Source: Lingula anatina (taxonomy: Eukaryota > Animalia > Brachiopoda). From it: DNA of 64,000 nt. Below, piece after piece: positions 27,167 to 40,319 of the stretch. The translations under genes were made by a program, and so were the position numbers. Every line of letters begins with the position of its first letter. Positions within the stretch are counted from its first letter, which is position 1. The DNA lies in the NCBI GenBank assembly GCA_051362555.1, contig CM120640.1, positions 11,966,001 through 12,030,000 on the forward strand, read 5' to 3'. The notes below the pieces were generated by a model that saw only the letters and a program-made list of their open reading frames with translations, was not told where the DNA came from and ran no database searches.

Positions 27167-30100
27167 ATGTTGGAGGACTTCGAGAAGATATGGGTCTGCT
27201 TTGTGTTTTCGTCCATCATTTTCTTTTCAATTTTGAGTAAATTGGTAGCGTCTTTTGGTGCTCCTAAATCATTCTCAGGTGATCCATGGGTGTGGAAGAA
27301 TTTTTCCATTTCGTGGATTCATGCACTTTTCTGTGCAGTTTGGGTGCTAAGCTGGTAAATATCGCTGGTTTAGATGAACAGTTCTGTTAATAGAGTAGTA
27401 ACGTTTTAATATGGAAGAACAGTAAAGAAAGAAAAGTAACTTGTCAGTAATAATTTCATTACTAGTAAATCTAAATATTGAAAATTTGATGTTTAATTAT
27501 ATTTTTTTCACACTACTAGTAATACTTTGTCCATGTCAGAAAGAATAAGAGCACTGCATTCAATAAATAAACAGTACCCTGAGCTTCAAGTCAGTTGTGT
27601 GCCAGCATCTTCACTTTCAAATATGCATCTGCATGCCTTTTCCACTTTGACATTCATCACAATTACAGTTTTACTAGAGCATTGGCTATCTGGATTTCAT
27701 GGCCTCAAAGAAGGGAATGTGGCATAGTAAAAGGTCTGCACTTGGTTTGGTAAACTTAAGTCAAAAGACCAGTAAGGTTCAGACAGGACAGTTGGGTACT
27801 TCTTTGTACGGAACTTTGAAGATGAAGAAGCTGGTATGCTTCAATTGGCTCTGAAACTCGGACTTATTAAAAGAAACTCCAATTTTAATTCTCCTGGATA
27901 ATGTCTTTTCCTGGTTTGTTTTCACGTTGATTGTGGGCACAACAATGTTTTTTCATCTTTTGGATATTGAAGGGGATAGTTCATAGGGTTTTTGTTTTGT
28001 CGAATTTTGCTTATTATTAAATCCTGTACTTGTGCCTCAAAAGCATATGTGACCTCAAATTGAAGTTAGCAACTGTTACAGCAATAAGACCACTATTTCA
28101 AGATTTTTTATTGGAAATGAAAATACATTTTACTGGAAATGAAAGTACCAGAATAAGAATGCAAGAAGCTGTAGACTTAGGTTAATTGAAAGTGGTATTA
28201 TTGCTGTAAATTAAAATCTGTGTCATTGCTTACCTGTATGCCTTGAGAAGAAAGTGTTAGTTGATAAGAACGAAATGATAGTTTAAAGACCAGAAAAAAT
28301 TTTTGCAATTTTTTTATTTCTGTGTCAAATCCTGCAAACTGTCCCCTGAATTGTTTGGAAGCAATTTTTTGATCAACTTAATAATGTAATTTGAAGGTTG
28401 GAAGTTAATGGCTCATGAATATTTATCATCATTTTCACATATCTACAAAGAGTAGCTTCTTCCAGCCTCCCCTCCCCAGCAAAGAGTATAAGGTGAAAAG
28501 CTATAAGTTATTACCTTTGGCAGCAATTTGGATCATCATTTGTATATTTTTCAGGACATTAACCCCCCCCCCCCCCCCCCCCCCCTCAGGATACTGTTTG
28601 TAGACTCATGAAAATGATGATTAAAATTTCAAATGATGACCTTAACACTAATTCTGTCACCATGTATTTTATCAGAGCTTGAGATTAACAAATGTATAAC
28701 TAAAGTGTTTTCTTAAATTGAAGATAAAAATGTTTATTTTCAATCTTGATTATGCATGAAATAATTTTTGGATATAAGTCTACAACTTTTGTGTCATCTT
28801 ACCATTTGTTTGTTTGTTTTTTTTTTCTTTTTTTTCTTCAACATTTGGCTTGAATTAATCATAAATTATGTTTAGAAATAATATATACATAAATGGTTAG
28901 TGCCAGGCAACATGTCATTCAATAAAATTTTAGTCCATAGATGCTAAAAATCTTAGTCAGATAAGTTAAGTTTCACAAAGAATCTTTAATGCTGCTTTCC
29001 TCCTATTTTGTTCTTAAAACTACAAAATCATGTCCAAGTAGATTGGTAGCACAATTTTCATGCGTTAGCATTCCTATTGACGTTTCTGATATACACTGAC
29101 AGTCAGTATATTTCAGAACCATCAATAGGAATGCTAACACATGAAAATTCATGCTAGTAGTAGATTGGATGATCAGTAAATTGTTAATTTTTACAGGATA
29201 TGAAAATTTCTTTGTAGTTTACTTTTTCCTGTATCACACTCATGAGGCCATCTTGATGGTACATCCCAAAACAATCTCAATAATCGCTGATGATGAATCT
29301 GAGTTATTATTTTAGCCTGTTTAGGAAAATATTATCTAGTAATTGATGCCAGTTTTGATTATGGAAATTTTAGTCCGGTCTTAACACTGCTTTTTGCTCA
29401 TCATGGTAGATGTACTCGGTTCTAGTACCTGTGGTTTGGAAGGCAACTGAAGTGACAGCTAATTGTATGTAAAGGTCTCTGACTGCTTTTGCTTACCAGA
29501 CTTGCTGGAGTGTGCTATTTGAACAGGCTTAGTTAAAACCTTAGTTACCTAGTCAAATCTTTGATCATGATTCATTATTCTTTATAATTGATAACTGAAT
29601 TTGAATTGTGATCATCCTTATGGTTCTTGGCCAGTCTAGAAGGGTTTGCTGCAATTGCATATTCACATGGTTTAAGTATAAATTATTGATAATCCTTCAA
29701 AGAAACACAAAAAACAATAAAATTGTTGTAATAAAACAAAAAAGTAATACAGTTTTATCCATGAAGCAGGACTTTCCAGAATTTTCTGAGACTTTCAAAG
29801 AAAGAACAGGAATGGTCATGAATATTTCTCTGCTTGCTGCAAGAATATGCATGATTTGTAATGGTTTGACAACAAGTCATGACGTTGACCACATGGAAGC
29901 AATGCTACTAGTATTTTGAATACTTTGATCACTTCACTTGGACAGTTCAGAGGAATCATAAGTGAACCCTCCTACACTAACCAAAACCCACCAGCTAGGA
30001 TATGTCATGGTTTGTGGATGCAATAAATCTGTGCAAGCTTTGTTCCAATCTGGTCTTGATTTAAGCCTGCTTTAAAATTGTGAAGATTCTTTGTGAAATT

Positions 30101-32793
30101 ATTATTTTATTAGTTTAATCCTTGAAACTTACAGTTATTTTAGATGCTTACAAGTGTACTAGTACTCTAATTTGCATATATACTATCTCTTCAACAGAAA
30201 TGGGCTGGGCTATATAGAGGATGGCTAGAGCTACTGCCTGTCTTAATGCTGGTAATAACGGGACACCTTCCGTTTCACTAAAAGACAAAATTACAAAACA
30301 ACCAAGGCTTATTTCACCTGTCAATTTAGTACTTCACATTTAAGATTTTCCTGATTTTTTGCTAGGTATCAACCTGATTGATAGTGGAATTAGCCTAGTT
30401 GTTTTTGTAATCTGTCTTTTTTCTTTTAGATGCTCAGAAAAAAACTAAATATCTTTCAAATTGTGTACGTTGTCTCTGTCATTGGTGCACCTAGGTATCT
30501 TTTAATGTTAATACCTACTTGTTTCTGTGGTATTTGCTTATTAAAAACTGCTGTACTATCTTACATCTGCTCATGAATATTTACATTCTATGTGCATTTA
30601 CTAAATACTAACAATTGATGGTTGTACAGTTTGAATTAATTTTAACCAAAATATATTATTTTGATATCAATTATTTTTTATTGTAGTTTTGTGCTCACTC
30701 CAGAAATGGTGCTTGACTTAGTCAAGAGTTATTCCATGACATCTTATTTGCTGGTTTGTTTTTCTCTTGGTAGGTCTTTTAGTTCTTCAGGTTTCAAAAA
30801 TGTAAAATGTAGTAGTCATAATGATTTTTTTCCCTTGCATGTTGCAGTTTTGAGTACTGTTTATCAGAAAATTTCATCTTTTGAACATTTTAATTCACCT
30901 CTGGAAAGTGCATAATGTACATGTAGATTTTTTTTCTTTTTGCCTACTGTACGTAAGCAAGTTTCCATAATTTGTTTATGGACAGACACTGTCTGGACAT
31001 AAAGCCATCACTTGAGTCTGTTGTTGTCATCCACTTTTTAATCTTAATTACTATTAAAGGAAGAATATGTACTTATTAATCCCCAACTTCAACTTACAGG
31101 AATGGTTCTTTGGACAAAAATATAGCTTGAGTTTAGTGAACAACCTCGCAAGATTACTTTTTTAAGACAAGAAGGTTTTTTCCCCACAAATTTTCATTTT
31201 ATTGAAGTGACTGTGATCCTATGGGGCTAAAGCCTTGTGCAGGTTTTATTTTTTGAATGCCCATAATAACAGAAGTATTAAAATTGGTGGTGGTGATCGA
31301 TTATGTAATATTGCATAATAATCAACAGATACATATTTTGTGCACTGTCATTTAATTGTTTCTTTATCATTTTAGAAATTTATATTGTCACAGCTTCTAT
31401 TACTTTTGTCATATATATCTATCCATTTGACAGTTATGCTACATTCTTTTAAATGTGAGGATGTGCAACTATTATCATAAGTTAAACTTGGACCATGTAA
31501 GGATTTTCTTTTATAAAGCTTATGTGGACATGCTTGTTTAGATTTTCTAAATGCACTGAGTAAACTTCATTTGAAATTATAACTATCAACTTCATATATT
31601 TTCAGGGTACTTTACATTTGATTTTCTTGATATTTTGATCAACAAGAAAATAGCACAGATGTGGGAAGTGGCTTTGCACCATATCGTTGTAAGTGAGGGA
31701 CTCGATCTCTTCAATGTGGTATAATTATCCTCAAACCAATTTATGGAATTTTTTTTTTTTTTTTTTTTTACCAAAAAACCTACATGAACTCAATTAATTA
31801 TTTACAAATACAGTACAGTCAGTATCTGTGCATATTGGGAGTACTTGTTTATTATAACCTTCCCATCAATATTTTTGTAGTTGTCGCAATACTTTTTCTC
31901 CCTTTCATTGGCATTTTGTGTTTCGGCCATCACTGCTTACCATATTTTAGTTTTACTTTGAATGTAGCTACTATATAACAGGGAATGTTTTGTTCAGTAT
32001 TTACTACAGGTCAATTTAAACATTAGAAAAATACATTTTTTCAGAATCAGAATATAATTTTGATGTGGTATTTGGGGGATGCCCCATAACTTTCAAATAG
32101 TATGTTTTTGTAATTAAAGTACATATTGAGATGTTTAATATGTATGTTTATGGTGCAGGTTAAGTTTAAGAATAAGCATAATCAGTATAATTTCTTGTTT
32201 CTGCTGCTTTCCATAAATGGTATGGATCTCTTGCAGTTTGATTTTATTTAGGTCATTATCAGTGATGCCAATGTCATGTCAGTGTCAGCAATTTTTTTCA
32301 TTATTGAAACAGATCCAACATTTTAAGATATAATGCTTTTTATATTTTGTAGGTTCTCCTGATATTCTACTACAACATTGCAAACTGTCATTGTATAGGC
32401 TTCATGGTAGTGGCACTCCTAACTGAAGTAAATTCAATCTTCCTGCATGGTCGCAAACTCATGATGTTAGCAAAAGTGGAGAGGTCAAACTTGGTCTTCA
32501 GGACAAATGCCATTCTAAATGTTATCACTATTCCTGTGTGCAGGGGCCTGGCAATTGGATGGATTTGGAAGGCTATAATTTATGCTAAGGAAGATGAATT
32601 TACACCCTTCAACTGGTGGCTTTTGTTTATTACAACCCTTATCATGACTGTCATTAACAGCATTCTCTTCTGGACTGTATTCAAAAATGATTTTTTGAGA
32701 GGAAAAAAAGGAAAGAAACTAAATGCAAATAATAATGATATGAAGATTACAGATATGGCTCAAAATATAAATGGCTTGTCAAAAATTGATTGA
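27167..32793 (+). CDS. TLC (TRAM/LAG1/CLN8) domain protein, TLCD1/TLCD2-like, about 264 aa
   Basis: Exons 27167-27354, 30687-30769, 31606-31688, 32353-32793 (795 nt, in phase). Motifs WKNFSISWIHA, FSLGYFTFDFLD, WEVALHH, LLTEVNSIFLHGRK; several hydrophobic helices. Confidence 0.9.
29047..29159. mobile_element. About 110-bp fold-back element with 9-10 bp target-site duplication (Mutator-like MITE)
   Basis: Arms tagcacaattttcatgcgttagcattcctattga / tcaataggaatgctaacacatgaaaattcatgcta are near-perfect inverted repeats; AGTAGATTGG at 29037-29046 and 29159-29168. Confidence 0.75.
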
Positions 32794-34689
32794 AAGTTTT
32801 GCTTTTGAATACTGATATATGATAGATGCAACTAAAGCTGCTTATTTTTTATTTTTGTTTTTGTTTTGTCTAAATAAAGAAGGGGAAGATGGTCTGTTTG
32901 TTGTTTGAGGAAAAATGCCATTACAAAACTTTGTCACTTGAAAGGTGAAAATTACTTTTTTAAAAGTAATATAATTTTAAGATATGGCAATGGTCATCTT
33001 TTTGAGCTTTATTTTAATTTAAGATGTACATGTATGCAACTTATCAGTTGTCACTTTAAAATATTTGTGGTTAATTTTTTATGATACATAGTTTTAGTTT
33101 TTGTGCAAATTTTACAAAGCCTGTTGTTGGTCTATCTTTTGTATGTGATGATTTTATATAAATTTATAGTCTAATCTTAAAAGATATATTTTTGCAGAAC
33201 ATGATTTGCACTACACATGTACTCCTAGTGCACTTACATACTCTAGAAATTCTTCATTAAAATTTGTATTTGGAATGGATATTATTTTAACAGGATCGAA
33301 AGGTCATGCATCTTTAGTATTTTAAATGTTACATAACAGAAGTGTAAAGATGTGGGATGAAAGTGCTAGGGTGAAAATAAATATTTATTTCCATTTTATG
33401 ATATGAATATATGTTGTGGTTTAAATATAGTCATAAATCCCAATGCAGAATGGGTAATTTGTTTTAATTTCAAAACTTCATTGCTGCACACATCAAAGTT
33501 CTAAATCAGTTACTGACACAGATTGTGTGCATGCTTTTTAAACAATAATGTATCTTGCCAAACTAGATGCTGTTTGTGTGTCTGGTGATTGATGAAAGTG
33601 AACAACAACAACAAATATTGTGTAATATAGGTAGATTCTTCAGCAAAGTTCTATTTCAAATAATATTATAAATGAATTTTTAAATAACTGTAATAGGTTA
33701 ATTATAGTGAAAATGAGATGTTACATTCTCTAAGTCTGCAATGTACATGTACCATGCAAGTTGCAAATTCCACACTAAATAAATTTTCATCAAAATTATA
33801 CCTCATGTATCACTTAGATTTGCGATTTGAAATTTGAATTATTTAGGTTTTCTTTTTCAAAATATTTTTGAATAATGTTTCATTTTACTTGGCAGTAATC
33901 AATAGACATTCAAAGCATGCCTATTTTGGCAAGTACATGTACATATTTTGATAGAACATGAACTGATTGGTAAAGGTTATACATTCATGGTACTGTACTG
34001 CAGATCAGTACTTCCATCATCCTCTTCTATCTCAAATCAAATAAATAAATGTGTTTTACCACTGAAAAGGATTATATTTTTCCAAAGCATGTTTGTGATG
34101 GAGGTGATATATTCAAAAACTGATGGACTAGTTAGTAACAATTAAGGGTTAAATTATACATGTATTTTTTAACCTTTTCAATAATGTGCGGGTACATATG
34201 AAGTAATTAATTAAAAGATGAAATTTATTCTGATGAATTTTTCAATCTTAATAAACAGTTATGTTTCTTTCATTGCCCCGTTTCATGTCATTGTGTATTA
34301 AAATGTAATAAAAATGAAAGTATTTGAAAAAAAGGGAAGATTTCATGCAGTTATTAAAAATATACATGTACTGTAGGAAATTTAATTTTAAAAAATGATT
34401 GAGCTCAGCTTTAACGAATTTCAGTCAATTTGGGCAAAAGAATCAAACCTGCGTTTCGGTTGTATTTATTTAAGCGAATTGATTCAAATATTTCACTCTT
34501 GGACCTAAATAGAGTCCAAGTTTCACTATACCAAATTGCTACTTTCACCGTCACTGCATTCAAGGTATATTTTCTAAGAAAACAGTAGCAAATAGAAGCT
34601 GTTTTTTATAAATAAGCGTCGACAAACTAGGCTAGTGATAGTGAACATATTTTTCAATCTGCAGTGGACGGTGTTTATTTCAGATTAAT

Positions 34690-34860
34690 TAAATTTTCTG
34701 CCAATCCATGGAAACGGCGATAGACTGAAGGCGACACGTAAGCAATGCGTTAACGTGTTTAGGTAAAGAGGGCGCTGCATGTCAATTTCAACCAATGAAA
34801 AACCAGGTCGTACTAACAAGCGCCAAGTTGGATTGAGGTTTTGCGCCCAAACATTTTACA
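34690..34860 (+). promoter_or_regulatory. Myb promoter: CCAAT boxes and E2F-type site
   Basis: CCAAT at 34701 and 34792; TTTTGCGCCCAAA at 34839-34851; CpG-rich; directly upstream of exon 1. Confidence 0.55.
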
Positions 34861-34966
34861 ATATAATTTGATCAGCTGATTTTACAGAGAAAGAACAGAT
34901 TACTTTTGATATATTTTAAGGGCTACTATGATGAGCAAAGACGCTCATAAAAACCACTGAATTAGA

Positions 34967-37900
34967 ATGTCCAGGCACCATTACTATAGGTAAGTCGGAA
35001 AATTTATTGCTTAGCGTCGAGAGAATGAGAGTCAAAGCATTCTGCTTGTGGTGTGGTATCTTAATTACCGGGTGTCGATGTAAAGCTTTATTTCGTATTG
35101 ATTGATAGAATTCGAGCTAGATAACACGAATAAGATAAAAGTGATTTTATTTTTCTATTTGCTCCTTTAGTTCCAAATACCTGTAGTTCTTCAGTTACCG
35201 GCATTTATATCACAGAGGTGGATCCCATTTTTGCGCGCTGCAAATGGAAGCCATTTTCATTGTTGATTACAACGTGATGAACGTCGAACGTTGAGACACC
35301 GCGTGAGCGTTATAAATGATATTATATTGAAACTACCAGCAAAGGAATGAAAGTGATTCATGAAACTATAGCTTCGACTTAAAGTATACTAAAGTTTTTT
35401 TTACTATCTTGCGTTGAGATGAACTTGAGCCTGCTTGGTGGTAAAAATTACAGAGTCGGTTCATTCAGGTAAAGACAAAGGCGATTGAAGGAAAGCCAGA
35501 AGACCAATGAAGAGTAACAAAAATTAACGTTGAAATTATAATATTAGAGTTAGTTAAGTCAATCAATACCTAGGATCAAACATATTAATAATCGTGTTGT
35601 GAAAACGAATAAATGCAGTTGAAAATACGTTTGTATTAAGGTGAGAGAATTTTCACTTGTTTGGACTTGTTGCCTTTCAGTTTGTTCTCATGTACATCTG
35701 GTGCTTCAGTTTGATATTAATACATTTCCACACAACAAAAATGAATTTATTATTAAGAAAATTATCCCATTATTTTTATGTATTATTTATATAAATATAT
35801 TTAAAAATTCACTGTTGTGGTCAAATACAAGAAAAATATTCACCCATGAATGGTGAATGTAAACATTAGTCCCCGTCTTGATTGGATAAGATGTCCACAC
35901 ATTTCTCCCTTACCTTTCATTTTCCAATATTGCCGAAGAAACCTAGCCATTTTGAGTTGCTGCTTAGTGAAGTTCATGATAGGTCAATATTAATTAGGAC
36001 TGCTGCTCACAGTGTTTTTCAGGTATGAAAATTTGTTAGTTTCAGTCCTGTTTTGAGTTAGGAGAAAACATTGAGATTCCAACTGTGAGTGTAGCCTTCC
36101 TAACCCTACCTGTATCTTTGTTTTTTATTATGTGTGTTTGCAAATATTATTCACAATTTTTTTAAGAACCAGACATTATACAACTACTGATGATGAGAGT
36201 GATGATAATGAACATAAAGATCATGACTATGATATGCCAGCAGTGAGAGGAAAGAAGTACATTAACAAGGGCAGGTGGACAAAGGATGAAGTGAGCAGTG
36301 TTTTACATTTACAGAATAAATATTTCTGATTTTGCATTTTTCAAGACTTTTGGAACCCCAGAATGCCAACTTTTTGAAGATAAATTTTAACTTTATAATT
36401 CATGTTTTGATTTAAAACTAAAATCTCTTACAGATTTTGTATATTTTTTAACTAACTAACCACACAGTCTAATATTATGGCATCTACCAAGGTATTGTTT
36501 CACCTTTGGTGCATTTTAATAATGATGCACAAATGTAGAAGCAAGTATATTGAGAAAAACAATTTTTTACCAGTACCCCTCTTGTCCACAATGGACACTT
36601 AGGCTTCGTTCACATGGAATGTCTATTTTCTAAAAATCTATTTTCTATTCGCGCTATCTTATGATCACGGTCTGTGCCCTGAATATCCCGCTGCGTAATT
36701 ACTGGCAGCGCAAGCCAGTTACTTATAGTAACTTATAGTAGCTGGCTCGCGCTGCCAGTAATTACGCTGCGGGATATTAAGGGCACAGACCGTGATCATA
36801 AGACATACCGCAAATAGAATTTAGAAAATAGACATTGCATGTGAATGAAGCCTTATTAAGACTTTTAGGAATATGTTGTTCTTATGAAAATCATTTTTAT
36901 TGAAATGTATAATATTGTAGGATGACAAATTAAAAAAGATTGTTGAAGCCCATGTAGGCCATAACTCTGATTGGAGGACCATATCAGGATATTTTCCTGA
37001 CAGATCGGATGTGCAATGTCAAACTCGGTGGCAGAAGGTGCTCAATCCAGACTTGATCAAGGGACCATGGACAAAAGAGGTACCGATGCTGTATTGCAGA
37101 ATTCGGAAGAGAAACTTTCGTTCTATAAACAGCTGATAGAGCTATATATATAATTTGCAATATCTACTACAATAATAGAAATGGTCAAATATCTGTCAAA
37201 AGAAGTTATTGTAAAAGAAACTATTGATTAGATTAAGTATTTGGAAATGGTCCTTACACTATGACATTGTGTGCAGTTTTAAACGTATGTAATTGCATTA
37301 CAGGAAGATGACAAAGTACTGCAACTAGTGAGGCAGTATGGGCCAAAGAGGTGGACACTCATAGCAAAGCACTTGAAAGGAAGGACTGGAAAACAATGCA
37401 GAGAAAGGTACCATGGTTTTTGTAATTTGAAGTATTTTTCCCCAAAATTGTGGCAAACATGATAGGTTCTTTTGTGTCAAGTTAATATTTTAAAAAGATT
37501 ATTTGATTCAGTTGCCCCTGCATTGTATGTATCTGCCCTAATTTGTATGCGAGATGTTTTCATCTTCCTTTATAGGTGGCACAACCACTTAAATCCAGAC
37601 ATCAAAAAGACAGCATGGACTGAGGATGAGGATAGAATGATCTATCAATTACATAAAAAAATGGGAAATAGATGGGCAGAGATTGCCAAATACTTGCCTG
37701 GAAGGTACCTGTTGATTTGTATGAATTTATTGAAAATCTTTCATTTTTGAGAAAACAATAAGAAAGCAGAATTAAGAACATTGTAATTCTAATGTCAACT
37801 GTATCTTAATGCAATTTTAATTTGGAGTTTTATGATTTTAATTTTAAATGACATGCTCATGCTGACAATCTTGCAAATTCAACAATATGTTTCATTTTTT

Positions 37901-40275
37901 GTAAATTTTAAGATTTAAACCTTAAATTTCATAATTTGTAAAGGACTGATAATGCTATCAAGAACCATTGGAACTCTACCATGAGGAGAAAATATGAGGA
38001 AGAAGAGCAGAAGAAGAGAGGCAACCCATACACCCCTAGCACCTCCAGTATGCAGGGATTACAGCCAGTGCGACTGTTTCAGAGCACACCAGTTTATCAA
38101 GTAAGTAAACATTGGAAAACTTCTTGGGGTTTTGGTGCTGACATATAAGAGAGATTTTCTTGGACTCCACAGTACTTTTCTAGTGTAACAGGGCTTGACA
38201 ACATATATTCAGGCACTTGGCCTGTTATGCAAGTAGGTCTGAAAATGTGAAGATTTTGTTTTAAAGTAGATGAGGTCTTTGGGATGTAAGCTTTTATCCT
38301 TCCTTTTTCAGTCACCAAGTGGAATACAGAATTATGGGGGTAGCTTAATTATTAACCCTACTGCACAGGGGTTTACTGGTAAGGTTCACTATTATAAAGG
38401 GTTTCCAAAAGTTGTAAATTTGTCTGTAATATGTTTGGTTTTAAGTCTTTGTAATGATATTTTCCTGCAAATACATGTATATATATTCAGATGTGGAGGA
38501 TGCAGTCAAACCAGACATGCTGAAAACTTTTCAGAATGGCCGGACATTTGGACGGCAGTAATGAAAAATTTGCCGGACCGAGTGAATTTTTGTCTGACCA
38601 AAAATCACTCTATTTGTTTGAGACAGATACTACCAGTACGATAAGGGTAGCTTACTTTGTGAATGTGATAGTTTTGAAATGGAAGGGCAGTACACTTTGA
38701 GTTTTATTAATTTTATTAGTGAAGTATGTTGAAAGATGACTGTTAATTCAAAATTGCGATTCTTAAAGCTCTTGTCAGTCCTTTGGACCGACCAAGTCCA
38801 ATTTTCTACCGGTTTAGACAAACTTTTTCGGTCATGACCGATCTGGCCGACAGTTTCAGCATGTCTGCAAGCATGTACCAAGTTGAAGACCAAAACATTT
38901 CAGCTCTCTTATTGACACCTAAGAGAAGTAAATATTTTTAAAGGATGCTTTTTTGTTTTTAGTACAATTAATACTATTTCTAGTGTAATATATCGAGCAC
39001 ATGTTAGCAAAATGCCTATGATCTTTTTCAGACCAAACTCAAAATCAAGGAGGAGTTTCCAAAATGTGCCATATCAGTCAAGTCAAATCTATTTCCCCAC
39101 TTTCACCCCAGAAATGGGCTGATGCTGGTATCCTATCTCCTTTGAAGTAAGTGAAACTCAAACACATATGATATATCTTCTCTTCAAAATAATAGTTTAC
39201 AGAGGCTACCTGTTAATTTATGCATGATCACATACAGGCAAAAATGTTAAAAATTTTTCTCCTTATAATACAGGCAGCAACATTGTTTAGCAGGAGTGAA
39301 ACGAGAACCTGCATTTTGTCTGTTTATTTGATTTTACTAGGTACCATATTCAGAATTTTTCATCCTATCCAAATTTATTTCTGACTTTTACTCTAATGGA
39401 TTTTTTTAAGTTAATTTCAGTGCATTGTTATTTTTAGGGGAATCCCTGACTTGGTCGACCAGATGACAGACTCCAGTTCATTTGGTGACATGACTACTTT
39501 TGATTTCCTGACTGGTACTGATATAGCTACTGGAGTCACACCTATTAAATTTACTGGCCTTAACAAAAAAGGATCCACAAGTAGGTTAATCAGCATAGTA
39601 ATATTTTTTAAAATATTTTGATTTAATGTTATAATTTTGATATAACTAAAAGTTGATATAGAATGAATTAAATGGATTTTTCTTGGTGAATTTCAGATTA
39701 CAGGTTTGATGGCCATGATGTTGCATCTTTAGAAGGTGGCCTTATCTCCATTACCTCTCCAATTGCCTCCAAGTTCAGCACCCCTCCCATTTTACGCAGG
39801 AGTAAGAGGAGAAAGCAGGTGAGAAAACTATTAATTTTTAATGCACTGGATTGTATCCTTAAAGATGCATATGAAGTCCTATGATGCCAACCAAATGCCA
39901 GCATACAGACTCGAGTAGTATAACTAAGAAAGTTACCAAAAGGCATTGTTTGATTGTACCCCCAAAAATTGGTATTTGAACGGATTTTTCTGCTAGCATT
40001 CTATGCTGTATATCAATGGGGCAGAAAAGTAGGTCAGGAAAGTAAGTTAAATTGCTTACCAAAGAATTGAAAGAAAGGAGCAGTCTAAAGCTTTTTTATG
40101 ACCAATCGAGTGATTTATTCAGTTTATCCCTTGGCATGACATTTATTTGAGTCGTATAAGAAACTAGTAGAAGTGGTTCATATGTATGTTACTGGGAATC
40201 CACGCTCCACCAATGCTCAGTTCATATGTACCTTTAAACACTTCTCATCACTGTTTGTCAGTGTCATCTATTTTT

Positions 40276-40319
<44 letters not shown>

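Noticed and set aside
39128-39135. GTATCCTA U12-like donor inside a Myb exon (also GTATCCTT near 39853)
   Set aside because: The frame is kept only with the GTAAGT donor at 39147; no matching U12 branch site downstream; the second copy is mid-intron.
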